Part shown: piece after piece, positions 27,575 through 42,960 of the stretch | Layout: each line of letters starts with the position of its first letter | How positions within the stretch are numbered: position 1 is the stretch's first letter | From: Octopus vulgaris | Lineage: Eukaryota | Direction: 5' to 3' | Assembly: GCA_951406725.2 (NCBI GenBank) | Contig: OX597834.1 | Coordinates: forward strand, 14,570,001-14,634,000 | DNA length: 64,000 bases | Program-made: the position numbers and the translations under genes | The notes under the pieces: model-generated | Seen by the model: only the letters and a program-made list of their open reading frames with translations | The model's database searches: none | Told to the model about the DNA's origin: nothing

Positions 27575-28017
27575 TCTTTTACTTGTTTCAGTAATTTGAC
27601 TGCGGCCATGCTGGAGCACCGCCTTAATCGAGTAAATCGACCCCAGGATTTATTCTTTTTAAGTGTAGTACTTATTCTATTGGTCTCTTTTGACGAACCG
27701 CTAAGTTACAGGGACGTAAACACACTACTATAAGTTATCAAGCGATGTTAGGGAGACAAACACAGACACACAAACATATACAGACACACACAGACATATA
27801 TACATATACAGACACACAAACATATATATATATATATATACATATATACATATATACGACGGGCTTTCTTCAGTTTCCGTCTACCAAATCCACTCACAAG
27901 GCTTTGGTCCGCCCGAGGCTCTACTAGAAGACACTTGCCCAAACTACAACGCACTAGGATTGAACCTGGAACCATGTGGTTGGTAAGCAAGCTACTTACC
28001 ACACAGCCACTCCTGCG
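27575..28017 (-). mobile_element. SINE family A copy; an older inverted decayed copy lies at about 27185-27540
   Basis: Full-length match to 324-738. Confidence 0.85.
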
Positions 28018-31000
28018 TTCATTTTTTTCTACTGGAAACATTAATAGTTTGGTATAACACTTCGTTGAAGCTATGAATCGTAGTTTCAATATACGCTATC
28101 ACCCACGCAATTACAAAATAAAAAAGGTATATCTTTCGTACTAAGTGCCTTTGATCTACTACTGTATTTGGCACTTATATAAGCATATAATCTAAGCCCC
28201 TCAGATCTCATAGCAGAATGCCCTTTTTTTTTGCTGCTCAATATGTGTTTTAACAGGTGTGGAACGCAAGGAACTTTCTTTTCTCACACAATTCATCAAA
28301 AGATAGATATCTCTCGAAGAATCTTAGCTCCTAATCTTTTCGTGGAAAGTAGCATGTGATAAATGATAAATGGTGTCTTTTCGACATGTATGGAATCAGG
28401 TGTCGTATCTACTAATACTGAATATTTTTTATCTTTGTTCTTCCAAAAACTGTGTTTCAAAAACAAAAGGGGGCAAAAACACTAGATTCATTTTGTGATT
28501 CAGTTTTTAGAAAAATAACGTAATGTCAACCTTCTTCTTTATCCCTTCTTTTCTTTGACCCTCTCAAAATGGGTTTGAAAAGCGAAGAAACGATTGAGAA
28601 AGTACTTGAACCAGATCAAGGAAAGTAACGCTGTTAATATAGCCAGCCACAACGTATGTTACAAGAGAAAGGTAATCGCAACTCAACCTCAATAAATAAA
28701 AATGGCATTTCTACAATATAAAATATTAGTTCAGTTAGCTTTCTCAGTTTTTTTTGGCAGATAACTTTCTAAGTTTCTTAGAAGAAATACTTTGTTTGAG
28801 GTCATTCCATGCTACATAACTCCTCTTCTAATAGTTACTTAGTTAACGCTCGAGGACCACATCACGAACTTTTCTCTATATTTTCGTGGTATTGCCAAAA
28901 CCGATACCCGTAATTTTTTTTTCTTTTCAAAATGGCGATTGCGTGAAAAAGCGATATGTACGAGTTTTTCATACTTAATACTTACAATTGTGTCTCAGGC
29001 ATTTAACCTTCGTCATTCATGTGGTTGAATATGCTTTTGAGTAAGACGAATAGATAGATTTCTTTTTAGCAACGGTAAATCTCAAAATAAAGAAAGCTAA
29101 ATTAATAACGAGTAAATATTGAGCTAAAAACCTTTTAAATACGAATAGGTGACGAAGCCATCTTTGTAGACGAGACATGTTTACTGGAAATGTGGGTTCA
29201 ACAAGCAATGTTCGTTTTTTCCGCTCCAGAGACATTGTAAGCAAATATCTGCAAGCTATTATATATAGCTTTATTTGCTTCGAAATTCACTGTTCGTTAA
29301 AATAATTACTTCACGTTCTGGAAGTTTCTGAAATGTTATTCTGTCAATGATATGTGTGTGAGTTTGTGTGTGTCTGTGTGTGTGTGTGCATGTGTGTTTG
29401 TGTGTGGGCGTGTGTAAATGTATGTAGATAACTTATCTGTGTGCGCTTATGTATAAATACATATACTGGGGTCCTTTTTTGACACCTGTACTATCATAGT
29501 TATTTGTTATTACCACTGCTCATGTATTGATGAACGTTCTTACCCTTACCTTATAAATATATAAATATATGAGTCTGAACGCACGTTGTACGGCTACGAC
29601 ACTTTGATCTTGAAAATTCCAGTGTACACCAGCTGCGATGATGTGGGATGGCAGACATTTTTAGATTTCTTTGGATCCTTGTGGACTCAGCTCAAAAATG
29701 TCTAATCACCCAAAAAAATGAAATAACTGTTGTTAGGGAATCAATTCAAAATTTTTTTATCAGTATATTAGAGTTAATCTAAATATCATAACAACCTGAA
29801 TTCAGTGTGTTTTTCTGTCGACACCCTGTATAACTGCATTTCTATTTGGACGTTACAGTTGATGGATGTACTTGAATTATGATATCAGCGTTAGCGAGTC
29901 GTAGTTTCTGTTTTCCAGCCGTTTCCTTCTAATCATTAATAAAATCAATAATGGAATAAACCAAGGTGGAGTTTCATCATATACCTTGCAAAATTGGGGA
30001 AGTGATTTCCACACTTTATCTCTCCACCGCTCCAAAATCTTAAAGTTGTCCTTTTATTCATATACGAAAGATAAAAATGGCTTTTAATGAAATACTGTTT
30101 TTCTATATATTGTAATATTAACCACCAGTCAAAATATACCGATAAAATGCATTATATTTTTGAGACAAACACACATACACACGCGCGCATATTTATATAA
30201 TTATATATTTGTATATATGTATGTTATTGTGTATATTTATATACGTATATATAAATATCTGTGAATGTGTGTATGTGGGTGTATGAATGGGTATATTTAC
30301 AGCTAAAATAATATTAAAAGTTTGATATGTTGATTTTAAAAGCATCCACTTTTCTTTAGTATTAAAATTGGAAATAAATTGACTAAAAGTATAAATTTTA
30401 CGCGTGTCTTACTAAAAACAAGACCACTACACATTAAGCATTTTGCGGTTGGTACATTACATATACACATAGTTACATATATATTCTATTATAAAAAATA
30501 TATATATATATACATATGTATGTATGTATGTATATATATATAAATATATATATATATATGTATGTGTAGGAATTTATATATATATGTGTGGTTGCGTGTG
30601 TGTGAATATAAATATAAAAATATATACATATATTAGTTTAAATACGTACCAATATATACAGACAGATGCATAGATACATATTGTTACATATATGAATATA
30701 TATTATATATACATTCATACATGTATATACATATATACACACACATATTTATATTCATAAATTGATATGTATGCGTATATATATGTTATATATGTACATA
30801 TATATATATACACACAAAAATATGTATAGGCATATATATATATTTATTTATAAATGTACATATACATATATATATACATGTATGCACGCACACAGGCATA
30901 CATTGATTTCCTTTGCAAAAAATACATTTACTACACAATTCAGAAGACAACGACACAGGGAGGGAGAAAAAAAAATGAAAGCACAACCAGTCAGACAAAC

Positions 31001-31580
31001 AGACGAACAGGAAACCTAAGGCCAAAACAGTAAATAAGTAAATATTGTAGAATATGGAGAAAATTAAGATAAAATAACCAGCAATTTATTGCTACATTTT
31101 CCTTCCTTTTAAACTACGGTAATCGAAGTTAAACATAAAATATTTTAATCAATATCTATTACATTATTTCAACATATTATACGTACTTATATATACAGAC
31201 ACACACACACATATATGAGAGTGTGCGGATGCGTTTGCGCGACAAATTTCAATTTATTTATTCGATTCAAATTAATCCATATTCACCCTACCTATCAATT
31301 TAGCTACATATATTTCAATGTATAAGTTATCTTCTAACTAAACAGGAATTGATTTTTCTTTTCCCTATCTTCCTGTTTGCTAGATGTGTGCCAATACAAC
31401 TTTTAAATCTACGTACACATGAAAACTCACATATAAAAATATATATGCATGTAATATGTGCGTGCACGTGTATATACATACGTATATTGTATGTGCGTGT
31501 ATGTATATATATACATCTACACCCTCACTCCCCCCCACACACACATATATACATATATATATATATGCGTATATATATAT

Positions 31581-31611
<31 letters not shown>

Positions 31612-31981
31612 TATATACATACATAAATATATGTATATATATATATACATATTACCACAGGCACAAAGGAAGAAGCAAATGCATATACATTTCTCTCGTG
31701 GGTGGTGCAAAATATGCCACTCGACCACAAGGTTTCAGGATCTCTTCCTCTGCGGGGAACCTTTTGCATGCTCAGGGTCCACAACAGTCACGTCAGTGAT
31801 TTTAATAGACCTGAACTCCTCGTATTTCATAAGCCATAAACAGAGTCTCTAACTTCTTTTCCTCTGCGGAAATTTTAGAGAAGAAGCCCCCCCGCCACAT
31901 GTATGTATAGATGTACGTATGTATATATTATATAGGTATATGTATATATATATGTATGTATGCATATATACATATATATAT

Positions 31982-32017
<36 letters not shown>

Positions 32018-32549
32018 AATATATATGGATATATATATATATATATATCATATATATGTATATATATATATATATATCTATATATACATATAGAAAGAAC
32101 ATACACACACACACACATATATATATACACTTACGCACACCTAAGAATACATAAGAATCTATGTACGTTGGTAAGTATGTATTCTTCCATAATTGACGAA
32201 TAGCTACAGGAGACTGTATTTTATTACCTGAAAATATAGATCATTTATCCGATACCATTTTTTAATCAATCACTTATAATCTGCGTAGCTAGACATCGCT
32301 GATCGATTTCCTTAGAGGCGATGTGTTTCATAAATATAAATATACATAATGACATACAAACACACACACACACGCATGCACGCACACAAAACAACATACA
32401 CACACATACACACGCATAAGTAGAGAAATATATTTGTTGGTATGAGGGTGCCATTGTGCTTTTGAATCGGTGTACGGTGTAATTATTGATTATGCAATGC
32501 GTTTCTTACATTGGTCTTCAATGTTATAACAGAACATTTGATGTTACCT

Positions 32550-32675
32550 TCTGCCGGAGCCGTGTGGAGCTTAAATGTTTCGCTCATATACACACACATC
32601 GATTGGTCTGCAATTCGAACCCGCGACCCCTCACCGCGAATCCGCTACTCTAGCCACTAGGCTATGTGACTCCAC
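32550..32675 (-). mobile_element. SINE family B 5' fragment
   Basis: GCCGGAGCCGTGTGGAGCTT..GTTTCGCTCA..CCGCGAATCCGCT..AGCCACTAGGC matches the family B head. Confidence 0.7.
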
Positions 32676-33144
32676 CTATACATATGCATATACTTATATT
32701 TAAATGTGTGCTGGTTTGCACCAGAGTATATATAAATGCAGTACATCCGTGGCTCTACCTGAGTGTCAATGAAAGCTATTTGAGCAGTGTATATATCAAT
32801 ATGTACATTTTTGATGCTTAGGTTTTATACACACACACTCACGCACGTAGTTATATATAACTCCTATCTGTGTGTATATGTGTTTGTATGTGTTTGTGTG
32901 TGTATTTACAATTCATTAAAAACAAAAAAAAGCAGCAAGATATTTAAATGACTAACATTGTTACATCTCATATATATATACATACATATACATTTATAAT
33001 AATTTACATATATACATACATACATATATATATAGAGAGAGAGGGGGAGAGAGAGAAAGAGAGAGAGGCATACATACACATATACATATAAACATATATA
33101 TATACACACACACATATATATATACATATATATATATATATACG

Positions 33145-33175
<31 letters not shown>

Positions 33176-34306
33176 ATATACACATACATATATACACACG
33201 TACACACACACATACATATGCCTTTATACACACATATTTATACAAACTCTCACCCACACATCCACTCCCCCCCACACATATATATATATATATATATATG
33301 AATGTATGTGTGTGTGTTTCTCTGTATGTTAGTGTGTGTGTGTGTGTGCATATGACATCTCAGTTCGTGAGTTGTAATTATTTATAATCTTGATGTGTTA
33401 ATTTGTGTCATAAATATCGATTATAACTTTGATATTTCATTATATTAGATAAATCTAGAATAAATATTTATTGATATCGAATTAACTGCGTAACAAACGA
33501 GGTATTTATAGAGTTAAGTTTCTTAATTTCCACCAGCAGAATATGGATAGATAATTGGACAAAGCGCTATGCATTTTTCTTGTTTAAACCGTATATTTTT
33601 CACATTATTGTAATAAGTTATTATCAATTGAAACGTTATTCTCAATAACAATTCTAAACTTTGTTATATTATTAAAAATCGCTACAATTATTTTGACATA
33701 TTATTAACAGCTGATAGTAGTTGAATGTTACTTATAATTGCATTATGATCCAAAAATAGATGTATTCATTCACGTTATTAGCTGAGTAGGGTCCGATAGC
33801 CGTTACCAGCTGATAATTATGCGGCGAAACAATTGTAATGCATTGTAATAAATTCTCTTCATTCTACTCCAATTAAAATGCTTTTGTATATCGTCTACGG
33901 ATACCGTCTGATTTCCATGTTGTCATGCAACAAATGGAGAAGCCCTAGTATGTGATATTATTTTCTACTCTAGGCACAAGACCCGATATTTTGGGGGAGA
34001 TAGCCAGCCGATTAGATCTACCCCAGTACGAAACTAGTACTTAATTTATCAAGCCCGAAACGATGTAAGGCAAAGTCAATTTTGTTAGAATTTGAACTTA
34101 GTCTTAGTATCTGATAGCCTCTCCAAGCTGATATCGGAAGATGAGTTTTCGAAAGCAGGCTACAATATTAAATATAGATACATATGCGCATATATATATA
34201 TATATGAGAAGAAAACGGATATAATAACGTTGGGAAACATGTGGTTTTCGCTGGTATGTCTTTAATTAATTAGATAACAAAGAAGGAAGAAGCAGAGGTG
34301 AAGATA

Positions 34307-34357
34307 GCATTTACGATCGTTTCAATTTACTGGTTTAAGTAAATCTCTTCAGAATGC
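34307..34357 (-). ncRNA. Canonical minimal type I hammerhead ribozyme
   Basis: GCATT CTGAAGA GATTTACT taaacc AGTAAATT GAA ACGATCGT A AATGC: perfect 5-bp stem I, 8-bp stem II with a basal G-U pair, palindromic stem III, GUA site. Confidence 0.85.
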
Positions 34358-36032
34358 GAATATAGATAGATGCATCTGTTAGGATGCTAAAGTAATTGAT
34401 ACATATATGATGGTAATGTAAACAAAAGTGGTAATTCTTACATTAAATTTTGTTCTTGCTCTAGTAAATTCTCTGGGTAGAGATTTGCTTGTGGTAGATT
34501 GGTTAGTTTCGTTGGGTAATTAGGGCGGGGTGAGCTTTATATAAGTGCGGGTTTCCTATTTTAATTAAGCACATTTTTTCGCACATATGTATTCACTTTT
34601 GTTATATTTTACGATTAGTTGCCACCGGCGATGTAGGTGAATGGGGTAATTCTAATAGGGTGAAAAGCGAGCTAACTCATACCAAATTGTGGGTGGTTTG
34701 AAAATGTGCTATGGCTAATAATTCTTTTATTGCTAGAGTTTAGGAATTTCTTAGTGCTAGGAGGGTTTTTGCAAAGTGTATTATTATGGAATGTTCACTC
34801 ATTCTCTCTCTTGCCCCATTACCCACCTGTCTGATGCTCACACGTGACTACAGGCCCTTTCTCTAGCCCCTTCTTTTTCTGGAGATGACCTACACAATTT
34901 TTCTCTTCTAGTATTTTCTTCTCTTCTATTTAATCTATTTCATTTTAAAATGTCCTCAGGTGATACCCATGACAATTCGTTTTGGCCTAAAGGACCTTAA
35001 TATTTGTCTACGTCAATTATTTACTTTGTACCTCCACTCCCTTGTTGTTTGTTCGTTTGAAGCCCTAGCACTCCACAAATTTTAAAATTAAAAAATTTGC
35101 AGATGCTGCTGACTCATGATGTTTTCTTATTTTGTCGATAAAAGAACGAAATAGGGAGCAGTAAAACAGTCAACAACTGACGATCGAGTTATCTTCCTTT
35201 GGTATTTTGCCCTGTACTTATCTCTCGTGTGGTCACGTATTTTCACTCGTTGCTGATGACCTGTACTTAACGCGTATTATACATGTATATATATAAATGA
35301 CGGACGTCTTTTAGTTTCCGCCTACTAAATCCACTCACAAGGATTCGGTCAGCCCGAGGCTATAATAGAAGACAGTTGACGGAGGTGCCACCTACTGGGA
35401 ATGAAACTGGAACCTTGTCTTTGGGATGCAAGTTTGCTACCAAAAAATTCACGCCAGCGCCTACAGAGCCACGCCTGCACCTTCACAGTTACGCATATAT
35501 GATATTTAGTAGCATCAGTAGTTTCAACATAAATGAACTATAAATTAGTTAAAATACGTTTGGAAAATATTTCAAATGTTGAAAGCAAATTCACTACAAA
35601 TACCGTGAACAAACATATCTATTCTTATATTGAATGGTGTAAAAACAACTGCATGTATGCAGTTATGAGGGTAAATAACTGGCATTTATAGGAAATATCG
35701 TTATTTGCCATTGATAACAACAAAAGAGCGCGATATATGTTTGGGAATCCGGTAGGGGGCAGCATTGGGCAGTGCTTTTACCATAAGACAGAATATTTTA
35801 GCTAAATGAAATATGCCGCAAACATATTTTAACTAACCTAAAGTTTGGTTATGTTTAGTTTGCTTACGTACATACAAATATACATATATCCATACAGTCA
35901 TACGTACATACATACGTTCATACATAAATACTTACATAAATACATTCATCCTGATATACATTTAAAATACACACACATATATATATTATATATATACATA
36001 CATTCTTATTTATATATGCATACCTACATTTA

Positions 36033-36425
36033 TAGGCGTAGGAGTGGCTGTGTGGTAAGTAGATTGCTTACCAACGACATGGTTCCGGGTTCAGTCCCAC
36101 TGCGTGGCAATTTGGGCAAGTGTCTTCTACTATAGCTCCAGGCCGACCATAGCCTTGTAAATGGATTTGGTAGACGGAAACTGAAAGAAGCCCGTCGTAT
36201 ATATGTATGTATATGTGTGTATATGTTTGTGTGTCTGTGTTTGTCCCCTCAACATCGCTTGACAACCGGTGCTGGTGTGTTTATGTCTCCGTAACTTAGC
36301 GGTTCGGCAAAAGAGACCGGTAGAATAAGTACTAGGCTTACAAAGAATAAGTCCTGGAGTCGATTTGCTCGACTAAAGGCGGTGCTCCAGCATGGCCGCT
36401 GTCAAATGGCTGAAACAAGTAAAAG
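36033..36425 (+). mobile_element. SINE family A copy
   Basis: AGGCGTAGGAGTGGCTGTGTGG head through to GCTGAAACAAGTAAAAG tail. Confidence 0.9.
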
Positions 36426-36469
36426 AACAAAGAACAAAGAACATATATATGTATATGCATATATATATG

Positions 36470-36506
<37 letters not shown>

Positions 36507-37123
36507 ATATGTACACATTTGCATATGCATATACATATATATTTCGGGGTATGTAAGTACGTATTAACGTATGCGTACGATCAATGGGAAAATAAAATAA
36601 ATACGTGTTCAATAACGTACATCAAAATCAATGTTTTTAACTACAGATGCAGAGGAAAATATACTCGCAATTCGCTCGCGTATATAGCAAAATTATATAT
36701 TGTAAAAATATTAAAATACTAAAAAATCAATGTTCCATTTAAAACAAATTATTAGATATTGTTTACCGATTCTTCAAAGAGACGCATATAAGCTGGGTTG
36801 CTTTTAAAATGGTCACTCTGTACTTGTGTAATATCTATGTTTTGTATAGTTTATGTAGCGATATAATATTTTGTACAGACGTCTGGATAAAATAATGCAT
36901 ATAACTAATGTTTTAAATCATATATCATATATATCACACGATTATTTATATTTGTTGGTCTGATATATGGGAAGAGAATAAAATTCGAAAGGGCTGGCCT
37001 AAAAGCAATAGATGTATGTCTTCTGTATTACTGTATTATCGATGCCTCTAATGCCCTTTGATACATAACACGCACACAGATACTTACATACATAAACATA
37101 CATACATGTATGTATATATATAT

Positions 37124-37154
<31 letters not shown>

Positions 37155-37159
<5 letters not shown>

Positions 37160-37345
37160 ACGAAAAAACAAAAGACGAAGACAGATGGTGTACAAAACAA
37201 ACAGATGTATTAGTATAACGCTCAGGAATAGAAAAGGTACTTTACGTTTCGAGCCTACGCTCTTCTACAGAAAGGGACACAGAAAAAACAAAGAGAGAAA
37301 CAAGAAGAGAAAAAGTGTGTGTCGTGGCTAACGATCTAGCATGGC
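37155..37345 (-). mobile_element. PLE-tail-like repeat with hammerhead-like motif (37237-37278)
   Basis: Same CTGTAGA A GAGC gtag GCTC GAA ACGT A motif as at 20223-20264. Confidence 0.6.
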
Positions 37346-37369
37346 GATATATATATATATATGTGTGTG

Positions 37370-37607
37370 TATGTGTGCGTGTATGTTTGTATGTCTGTGT
37401 TTGTCCCCCCAACATCGCTTGACAACCGATGCTGGTGTGTTTACGTCAGCGTAACTTAGCGGTTCGGCAAAAGAGACCGATTGAATAAGTACTGGGCTTA
37501 TTACAAAGAATAAGTCCTGGATGTCGATTTGCTCGACTAAAAGGCGGTGTTCCAGCATGGCCACAGTCAAATGACTGAAACAAATAAAAGAGTAAAAGAG
37601 TAAAGAG
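37370..37607 (+). mobile_element. SINE family A 3' half; another decayed 3' half lies on the minus strand at about 37915-38095
   Basis: Matches the body and tail of family A. Confidence 0.85.
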
Positions 37608-38174
37608 CAGAACGTTTTAATATCGACAGAATCAAGACGTCATTGTGAAGCACGCTAGATATGAAGTATACGAGAATACAAGAAAAATTATTAAGATTGA
37701 TTATATTAGCTGCTTGGTATATTCACCTCGTGTGAATCATGGTGATAAATAAATCGATACGATAAAATATCAATAAATAATTAAGTTTCGCAGATATTCA
37801 TGGTTCTCTTGCAGTAAGAATTCTTGTCTTTAAGTGGCGCTAGCAATCCATAGAAAAATATCGGAGGTTAAACAATTCATTCTCTATGTCTGTTTATATT
37901 CTGTGATTTTTTTTATTCTTTCATTTGTTTCAGGCATTTGACTGCGGCCGTGCTGGAGCACCGCCTTTAGCCGAACAGATCGACACCAGGACTTATGTTA
38001 CTGATATTTTGTGACGAAACGCCATGTTACGGGGAGGTAAACACACCAACATTGGTTGTCAAGCGATAAGAGGGACAAACACAGAGACAGAAATACATAC
38101 AAATAAATATTTTATATATGCGTATGTGTGTGTGTGTGTGTGTATGTGTGTGTGTGTGTGTGTGTGTGTTTGAA

Positions 38175-38550
38175 GGGTGCAATGGCCCAGCGGTTCGGGC
38201 AGCGGACTTGTGGTCACAGGATCGGGGTTTCGATTCTCAGACCGGGCGTTGTGAGTGTTTATTGAGCGAAAACAATTAAAGTTCCACGGGGCTCCGGCAG
38301 CTGGGTGTGGCGAACCCTGCTGTACGCTTTTACCACAACTTTTTCTCACTCTTTCTTCCTACTTCTGTTGTACCTGTATTTCAAAGGGCCAACCTTGTCA
38401 TAATCTATGTCCCGCTGAATCTCCCCGAGAACTACGTTTAGGGTATACGTGTCTGAGGAATACCCAGCCACTGGCAGGTGAATTTCACGAGCAGGCTGTT
38501 CTGTTGATTGGATCAACTTGAACCCCACTCGTCACAACCGACGGAGTGCC
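38175..38550 (+). mobile_element. SINE family B copy, tail type 2
   Basis: GGTGCAATGGCCCAGCGG (A box) ... GTTTCGATTCTC (B box), family B body, then a distinct tail ending CAACCGACGGAGTGCC. Confidence 0.85.
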
Positions 38551-38554
38551 TTAG

Positions 38555-38608
<54 letters not shown>

Positions 38609-39179
38609 CTTTAAAAGGGAGCATTTATTTATTTATATATCTATTTATTCTCCACACCCTATATATTGTAGTTCAGTTTGTTCCCGATCACACACACACA
38701 AACACATACAAACTCATACACACACATACACACTTATCTCAGACAAACACGTACACACACTCAAGACACACATATTCACACACATTCGCACACCTGTCTT
38801 ATTTATTCAAACTCATTGGTATCCGGTCTCAAACACACTCTACAATAGTAAATACAAGTAACCATTCCTTACCTATAAACAACATTATACAGCCATAATG
38901 TAATTGCATTGTCCCAGCTCTCATCTGCTTTTCTCTCAAACCTAACTAAACCCGAACACGGATTAGGATTAAGGACAGATTGATGAATGTTGCTAACACA
39001 ATACAAAGCAATTACGTTAATCCGATAATTCCTGGCAAAACCCACAAAAGTTTGCAGAATTAATTGAAATGTGTTGTTCCCGCTATTGGCAGCGTTTTAT
39101 TCCTATTGCTGTTGGACATTTTGTAGTAGTAGTGGTGGTGATGGTGGTGGTAATATTTGTGGTAGTGATGGTGATGGTG

Positions 39180-39224
<45 letters not shown>

Positions 39225-39728
39225 ATAGTGATGGTGGTGATAGTGGTCGTGGTGGTGATGGTGGTGGTAGTGGTGGTGGTGGTGATGGTGGTGGTAGTGG
39301 TGGCGGCGATGGTGGTAGTAGTAGTAGTAGTAGTAGTAGAAGAAATAGTATTTGTAGTAGATCTATTTTGAGCGGCAATTGTAGAAATCGATGTAAATAT
39401 CATTGCGCGATAATCAACTCAACAGTCTTTAAGTTCTGAGTTCAAATGCTACTGGTGTCGACTTTGCCTTTCATCCGTTCGAGATCGATAAAATAAATAT
39501 CAGTGGAACATAATTTGAAGTCAGTATCATTGTATATCATAAGGCAGAGAACCGGTAGCACACCGGGAAAACTGCTTACCAACATTTCGTGCATAACCTA
39601 CCTTTAGATTTCAAATACCGCTTCGATTGGTTTTGCCTAAAATTCCTTTCAGGGGCCGATAAAATAACTATCAGTTGAGCTTTGGGGGTCGATGTAATCG
39701 ACTTACACCCTCCACCGGAAATGCTGAT

Positions 39729-39766
<38 letters not shown>

Positions 39767-39926
39767 ACTTTTTGCGTAATAAGATAAAAAACGAAGGCTG
39801 TATAGATATTAGAGCATTTATCTCATATATATATATATCTATATATATATACACACATACACAAATGTATATATCTATATATGTGTGCGTGTATGCATTT
39901 GTGTGCGTATGTATGTATATATATAG

Positions 39927-40742
39927 GATAAATGTAAAAAAAGCACAAACTGGGACAAGAACGCAAAACATTTAGAAGACGATATAAAAAAACCGACGGG
40001 ACATTCGAAGCCTTCGATCTTCAATCAAAAACCGGATCATCTTCGCAATTTCGGCTGATTAATTTTTAGATTGCGCCGACTTGGCCAGCCCCAAAGCAAA
40101 ATCTAAGCCAAGCGCATTAGATTCCTTGGAAGAAAGCCTCGAATGTATACAAAACAAGGACGGGAACTGATAAGAATACAAAAATACGTAAAAATAATAA
40201 TGATAACACGAATAAGAATACGAAAATACGTAAAAACAATAATGATAATAATAATAACAAAAACAGGACGTTACAGACAGGCGTCCTTTCAACAGGACGG
40301 GTGAACTTGAGCTGGCGCATTGGAAAAATGCCTAAAGGCGAAGAGAGAAATAAAATGTGTCTGGCCTCAACGGCTGTTGATCACGAAAAGGCAGGACAGC
40401 AGTCCAAAAGTTAGTCACGTGTGAGCGGGACAGAGGAAGAGAGAAAAAAAGGGAACAAGGAACAAAAGAGGAGGGGAGGAGAGAGAGAGAAGGAGACGTG
40501 TCAAAGTGGAGTGCAAAGTGTGAAAGGCAGAGAAATGTAGGAGAGGGGGGGAGAGAGAGAGACAGTGTTGTAGTGTCGTAGCATGTATTAGAGAAAAAAT
40601 GTATTTCACATACAATATCAAAAAGGGGGTACGGGCGCCGCCATATAAAGGGATAAATGTAAAAAAACACAAACTGGGACAAGAACGCAAAACATTTAGA
40701 AGACGATACAAAAAAACGGACGGGTCATTCGAAGCCTTCAAT

Positions 40743-40786
<44 letters not shown>

Positions 40787-40906
40787 GTAGAAAAATACAA
40801 CATGGACAAGAACGTATAACTCTTAGAAGACGATACAATAAACACGGACAGGACATTCGAAACCCTCAGTCTTCAGTCAAGAACCGGATCATCGTAGTAA
40901 TTTCGG

Positions 40907-40910
<4 letters not shown>
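39927..40910. mobile_element. Unclassified element with direct terminal repeats, pseudo-LTR-like
   Basis: GGATAAATGTAAAAAA..ACAAACTGGGACAAGAACGCAAAACATTTAGAAGACGAT..CATTCGAAGCCTTC at about 39927 and 40651, with a diverged third copy at about 40785-40910; bounded by (TA)n. Confidence 0.65.
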
Positions 40911-40942
<32 letters not shown>

Positions 40943-41829
40943 TATATGCATACATATATAAAGTATCCTATCCATCAGCCAAAGTAAGACCCGTTGGTGT
41001 GAAGCAATAGCAGAATATAGTCGACCATGCTTCAGCGTAGGAGGACATAGTTCCTGACCAAAACTATCAAATTTCATTTGTATAGTTCATGTATGTGTGT
41101 GTGTGTGTGCGTGCTTGCATATGTGTTCGTGGTTGTGTCTGTAGAATTTCCCAAACGTGACTCTAATAATTCCGACATAGATTTGAAACAGTGTCGTTGT
41201 CTGCTCACTACCATAAAATGTTCTCTGTCGTCTAATATAAAAAATCGCTTCTAGAAGTCTCTTAATGTTCTCTACATAGTATAAAACATCTTTTGATATT
41301 TTATTCAATTTTTTTCCGTTTACATAAAAAGCTCGTCTGCGACGAACATTATATGTTTTCCTTTCAGACACACAGTATCCTGGGTGATATTAATCAATTT
41401 AGTCTTCCGGTTTTAAAGACAGGTGTATATAAAAACGGAGGAATGACATTTGCCTTCTAATTCATCCACCATGTTTATATTCCTCAAATAGAACACACAT
41501 ACATACACACATAGAGACACAAACACATATACATGGTTAGATTGATGAATAGAAAGATAGAGTGAGAGAGAGAGAGACAATGAGACAGACAGTGAAACAG
41601 GCAGCTAGCCAGCCAGCCAGCCAACCAACCAAACAGACAGACACACAGACAAACAGATAGACTGATAGATAATTATAAATATAGATATCTATATCGATAT
41701 ATACAAAGAGAGAGAGAGAGTGAGAGAGAGGTAAGGGGAGACAGATTGACAGACAGACAAACAAAGAGATATATATAGACTGACAGGCATACATAGAGAC
41801 AAATAGATAGATAGATAGCTAAATAGATT

Positions 41830-41892
<63 letters not shown>

Positions 41893-41997
41893 TGAGAGAG
41901 AGAGAGATAAAAACATAGATACACACATACGTTTATATACAAATATATATTTATATATATTGATATATTTGCGTACATGCATGTATTTATATATATA

Positions 41998-42360
41998 CGA
42001 GCAAAACGCCCCCGTCCAATGCACGGTGCTGACTTGTCAAACATTTAAACCAAAGTTTCTCAAAACAACTTGTCCGACTGTCCCATAGGCCCCCTCTTTG
42101 AGAATTTAACCTAAATTTGAGACAACAAGAAGTAAAGAAGAAATGAAAATAGACTTTTTTCTATTCCAAGAAAAACGATTTTATTCACTTTATCGATCAC
42201 ATTCTCACCTGGAATCGATCTTTGTAATTTTTTTCAAGACTTATACACGCTCAGATATCATCGGTATCTATATATTAAATTTGAGCACAATCGGATGGAG
42301 GATGTCCGAGATCCTAGAAGACACACACACAGACAGACAGAACGGATTTTATATAATAGA
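41998..42360 (-). mobile_element. Non-autonomous Helitron-like element
   Basis: Minus strand A|TCTATTATATAAAA..(GTCT)n.. subterminal hairpin CCGT gcattgg ACGG .. CTCG|T (decayed CTAG); inserted between A and T with no TSD. Confidence 0.7.
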
Positions 42361-42420
42361 TATATGTTCCTTTTCAACATTCTACACACACACGCACACA
42401 CACACGCACACACACATACA

Positions 42421-42960
<540 letters not shown>

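Noticed and set aside
29465-29830. Possible Tc1-type MITE ending ACACCCTGTA
   Set aside because: Only one convincing terminus; no matching left TIR could be aligned.
36033-36105. tRNA-like sequence with A and B boxes
   Set aside because: It is the SINE head: continuous with SINE body and tail, and no complete cloverleaf is evident.
39069-39439. Gly/Ser-rich or Pro-rich ORFs resembling structural proteins
   Set aside because: Arise from (GGT/AGT)n repeats open in several frames on both strands.
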